Made by a program: the position numbers and the translations under genes | Notes under the pieces: generated by a model | Told to the model about the DNA's origin: nothing | The model's input: the letters and a program-made list of their open reading frames with translations, nothing else | Databases searched by the model: none | Assembly: GCA_050262615.1 (NCBI GenBank) | Contig: JBLNEL010000329.1 | Coordinates: forward strand, 2,651 to 66,650 | Length of the DNA: 64,000 nucleotides | Source of the DNA: Bacillota bacterium | GTDB lineage: Bacteria; Bacteroidota; Ignavibacteria; Ignavibacteriales; SURF-24 | Direction of reading: 5' to 3' | Shown: piece after piece, positions 62,798-64,000 of the stretch | Position numbering within the stretch: the stretch's first letter is position 1 | How the letters are laid out: every line of letters starts with the position of its first letter

Positions 62798-64000
62798 TTA
62801 CAAAATATACTTGCTTAAATCGCGGTTAGTAACAATTCTTTCAAGCTTATCTTTAACCATCTTACCATCGACAGTTACAGTAGTCTCAGGGATCACATCG
62901 GGCACATTAAATAAGATATCATCAAGAAGGGTGGTCAGTATAGTATGGAGTCTTCTTGCTCCGATATTTTCCACCTGTTCGTTTACAATAGTAGCGATGC
63001 GGGCTACTTCCTTAATGCCGTCTTCTCTGAACTCGATATTTACGCCTTCGGTATTAAGCAGAGCAGAATACTGTTTAAGCAGGGCGTTCTGAGGAAGAGT
63101 AAGGATCTTAACGAAATCCTCCTCAGTAAGGCTTTTCAGTTCAACCCTGATCGGAAACCGTCCCTGAAGTTCAGGTATAAGGTCCGAAGGTTTTGCGACG
63201 TGGAAAGCGCCGGAGGCAATAAAGAGTATGTGGTCAGATTTTACGACGCCGTACTTTGTATTAATGCTTGAGCCTTCAACAATCGGCAGCAGGTCGCGCT
63301 GCACTCCTTCGCGAGAAACATCGGGTCCCTGGGCTTTTCCCTGAGCGCCGGCTATTTTATCGATCTCGTCAATAAAGACAATGCCTGAATCCTGTACGCG
63401 GGCGATTGCTTCTTTCTGAACTGCGTCCATATCGATAAGCTTCTGAGCTTCCTCCTGGGCAATCAGTCCCCTGGCTTCTTTTATGGGAGTTTTTCTTTTC
63501 TTTTTCTTTTTAGGCATAATATTGCTCATTATTTCCTGGATATTTATGCCCATATCATCAAAACCGAAGGGTCCTAAGACCTGCATTCCAACGCCGCCGT
63601 TAGCGGTAGAGACATCATACTCGACAAGTTTATCATCGAGTTCGCCTTTACGCAGTTTTTCTCGCATCCATTCGCGGGTTTTCTGATTCTGGTAAGCCTC
63701 ATCCTCTTCATCGGGGTTTTCCTGAGAAGCAGGTTTTTTTACCGGAGGGATAAGCATATCAAGAATTTTATCTTCAGCAATCTTTTCAGCTTTTTCCTTT
63801 ACCTCTTCAGTTTTCTCAGCTTTAACCATATTAACTGCAATTTCTGTAAGGTCGCGTATCATTGATTCAACATCGCGGCCTACATAGCCGACCTCGGTAT
63901 ACTTTGAAGCTTCGACCTTTATGAATGGTGCGCCTGAGAGCTTAGCCAGCCGTCTAGCAATTTCAGTTTTACCGACACCAGTAGGTCCAATAAGAATAAT
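62798..64000 (-). CDS. hslU: ATP-dependent protease ATPase subunit HslU; 5' end outside the window
   Basis: The frame is open to nt 64000. The upstream codons read [46 protein letters not shown] (Walker A). Also [11 protein letters not shown] (Walker B), [11 protein letters not shown] and GARRLHT. Confidence 0.95.
   Translation of the reverse strand: MILIGPTGVGKTEIARRLAKLSGAPFIKVEASKYTEVGYVGRDVESMIRDLTEIAVNMVKAEKTEEVKEKAEKIAEDKILDMLIPPVKKPASQENPDEEDEAYQNQKTREWMREKLRKGELDDKLVEYDVSTANGGVGMQVLGPFGFDDMGINIQEIMSNIMPKKKKKRKTPIKEARGLIAQEEAQKLIDMDAVQKEAIARVQDSGIVFIDEIDKIAGAQGKAQGPDVSREGVQRDLLPIVEGSSINTKYGVVKSDHILFIASGAFHVAKPSDLIPELQGRFPIRVELKSLTEEDFVKILTLPQNALLKQYSALLNTEGVNIEFREDGIKEVARIATIVNEQVENIGARRLHTILTTLLDDILFNVPDVIPETTVTVDGKMVKDKLERIVTNRDLSKYIL

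Noticed and set aside
1-64000. tRNA, rRNA, tmRNA, riboswitches, and prophage, transposase or integrase genes
   Set aside because: I found no T-loop/acceptor-type sequences, rRNA-like stretches or recombinase motifs by eye. I cannot exclude small ncRNAs without covariance-model searches.

Overview
This is a 64-kb, AT-rich chromosomal window. The organism looks like an FCB-group bacterium (Ignavibacteria/Bacteroidota-like). That is an inference from two T9SS C-terminal sorting domains, several sigma-54 enhancer-binding regulators and a YpdA-type disulfide reductase; I could not run a similarity search. I support about 45 protein genes. I recognised no rRNA, tRNA, CRISPR array, transposase or integrase. 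The centrepiece is a co-directional haem biosynthesis cluster at 25.8-36.6 kb: hemX-like, hemA, hemC, hemD, hemE, hemN, hemH, hemY, hemB. Its hemD is fused in-frame to a complete TetR-family regulator. The other genes fall into these groups. (1) Two sigma-54 bEBP loci with readable -24/-12 promoters and direct-repeat candidate UAS sites. One appears to drive a CheW-like protein plus a Tat- and T9SS-tagged multicopper oxidase. The other is an apparently autoregulated hypothetical-kinase-regulator operon followed by an APC-type permease. (2) Two paralogous cytoplasmic REC-PAS-histidine kinases. (3) Housekeeping genes: alaS, glpD, hslU (truncated at the window end), a GroES-like protein and a cytochrome c. 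(4) Secreted hydrolases: M48, ACE-like M2, an HEXXH protease, a 5'-nucleotidase and a 13-Asp-box beta-propeller. (5) An ArsR-DUF2087-GIY-YIG fusion, a bacterial type IB topoisomerase and several unknowns. At the DNA level, the most unusual property is that most of the longer intergenic spacers carry short, mutually unrelated tandem arrays (14-24 bp units). There is also a recurring GAATTAW-heptamer / GC-hairpin element at gene ends. All functional calls come from motif recognition by eye. Coordinates of non-coding features may be off by 1-2 nt.
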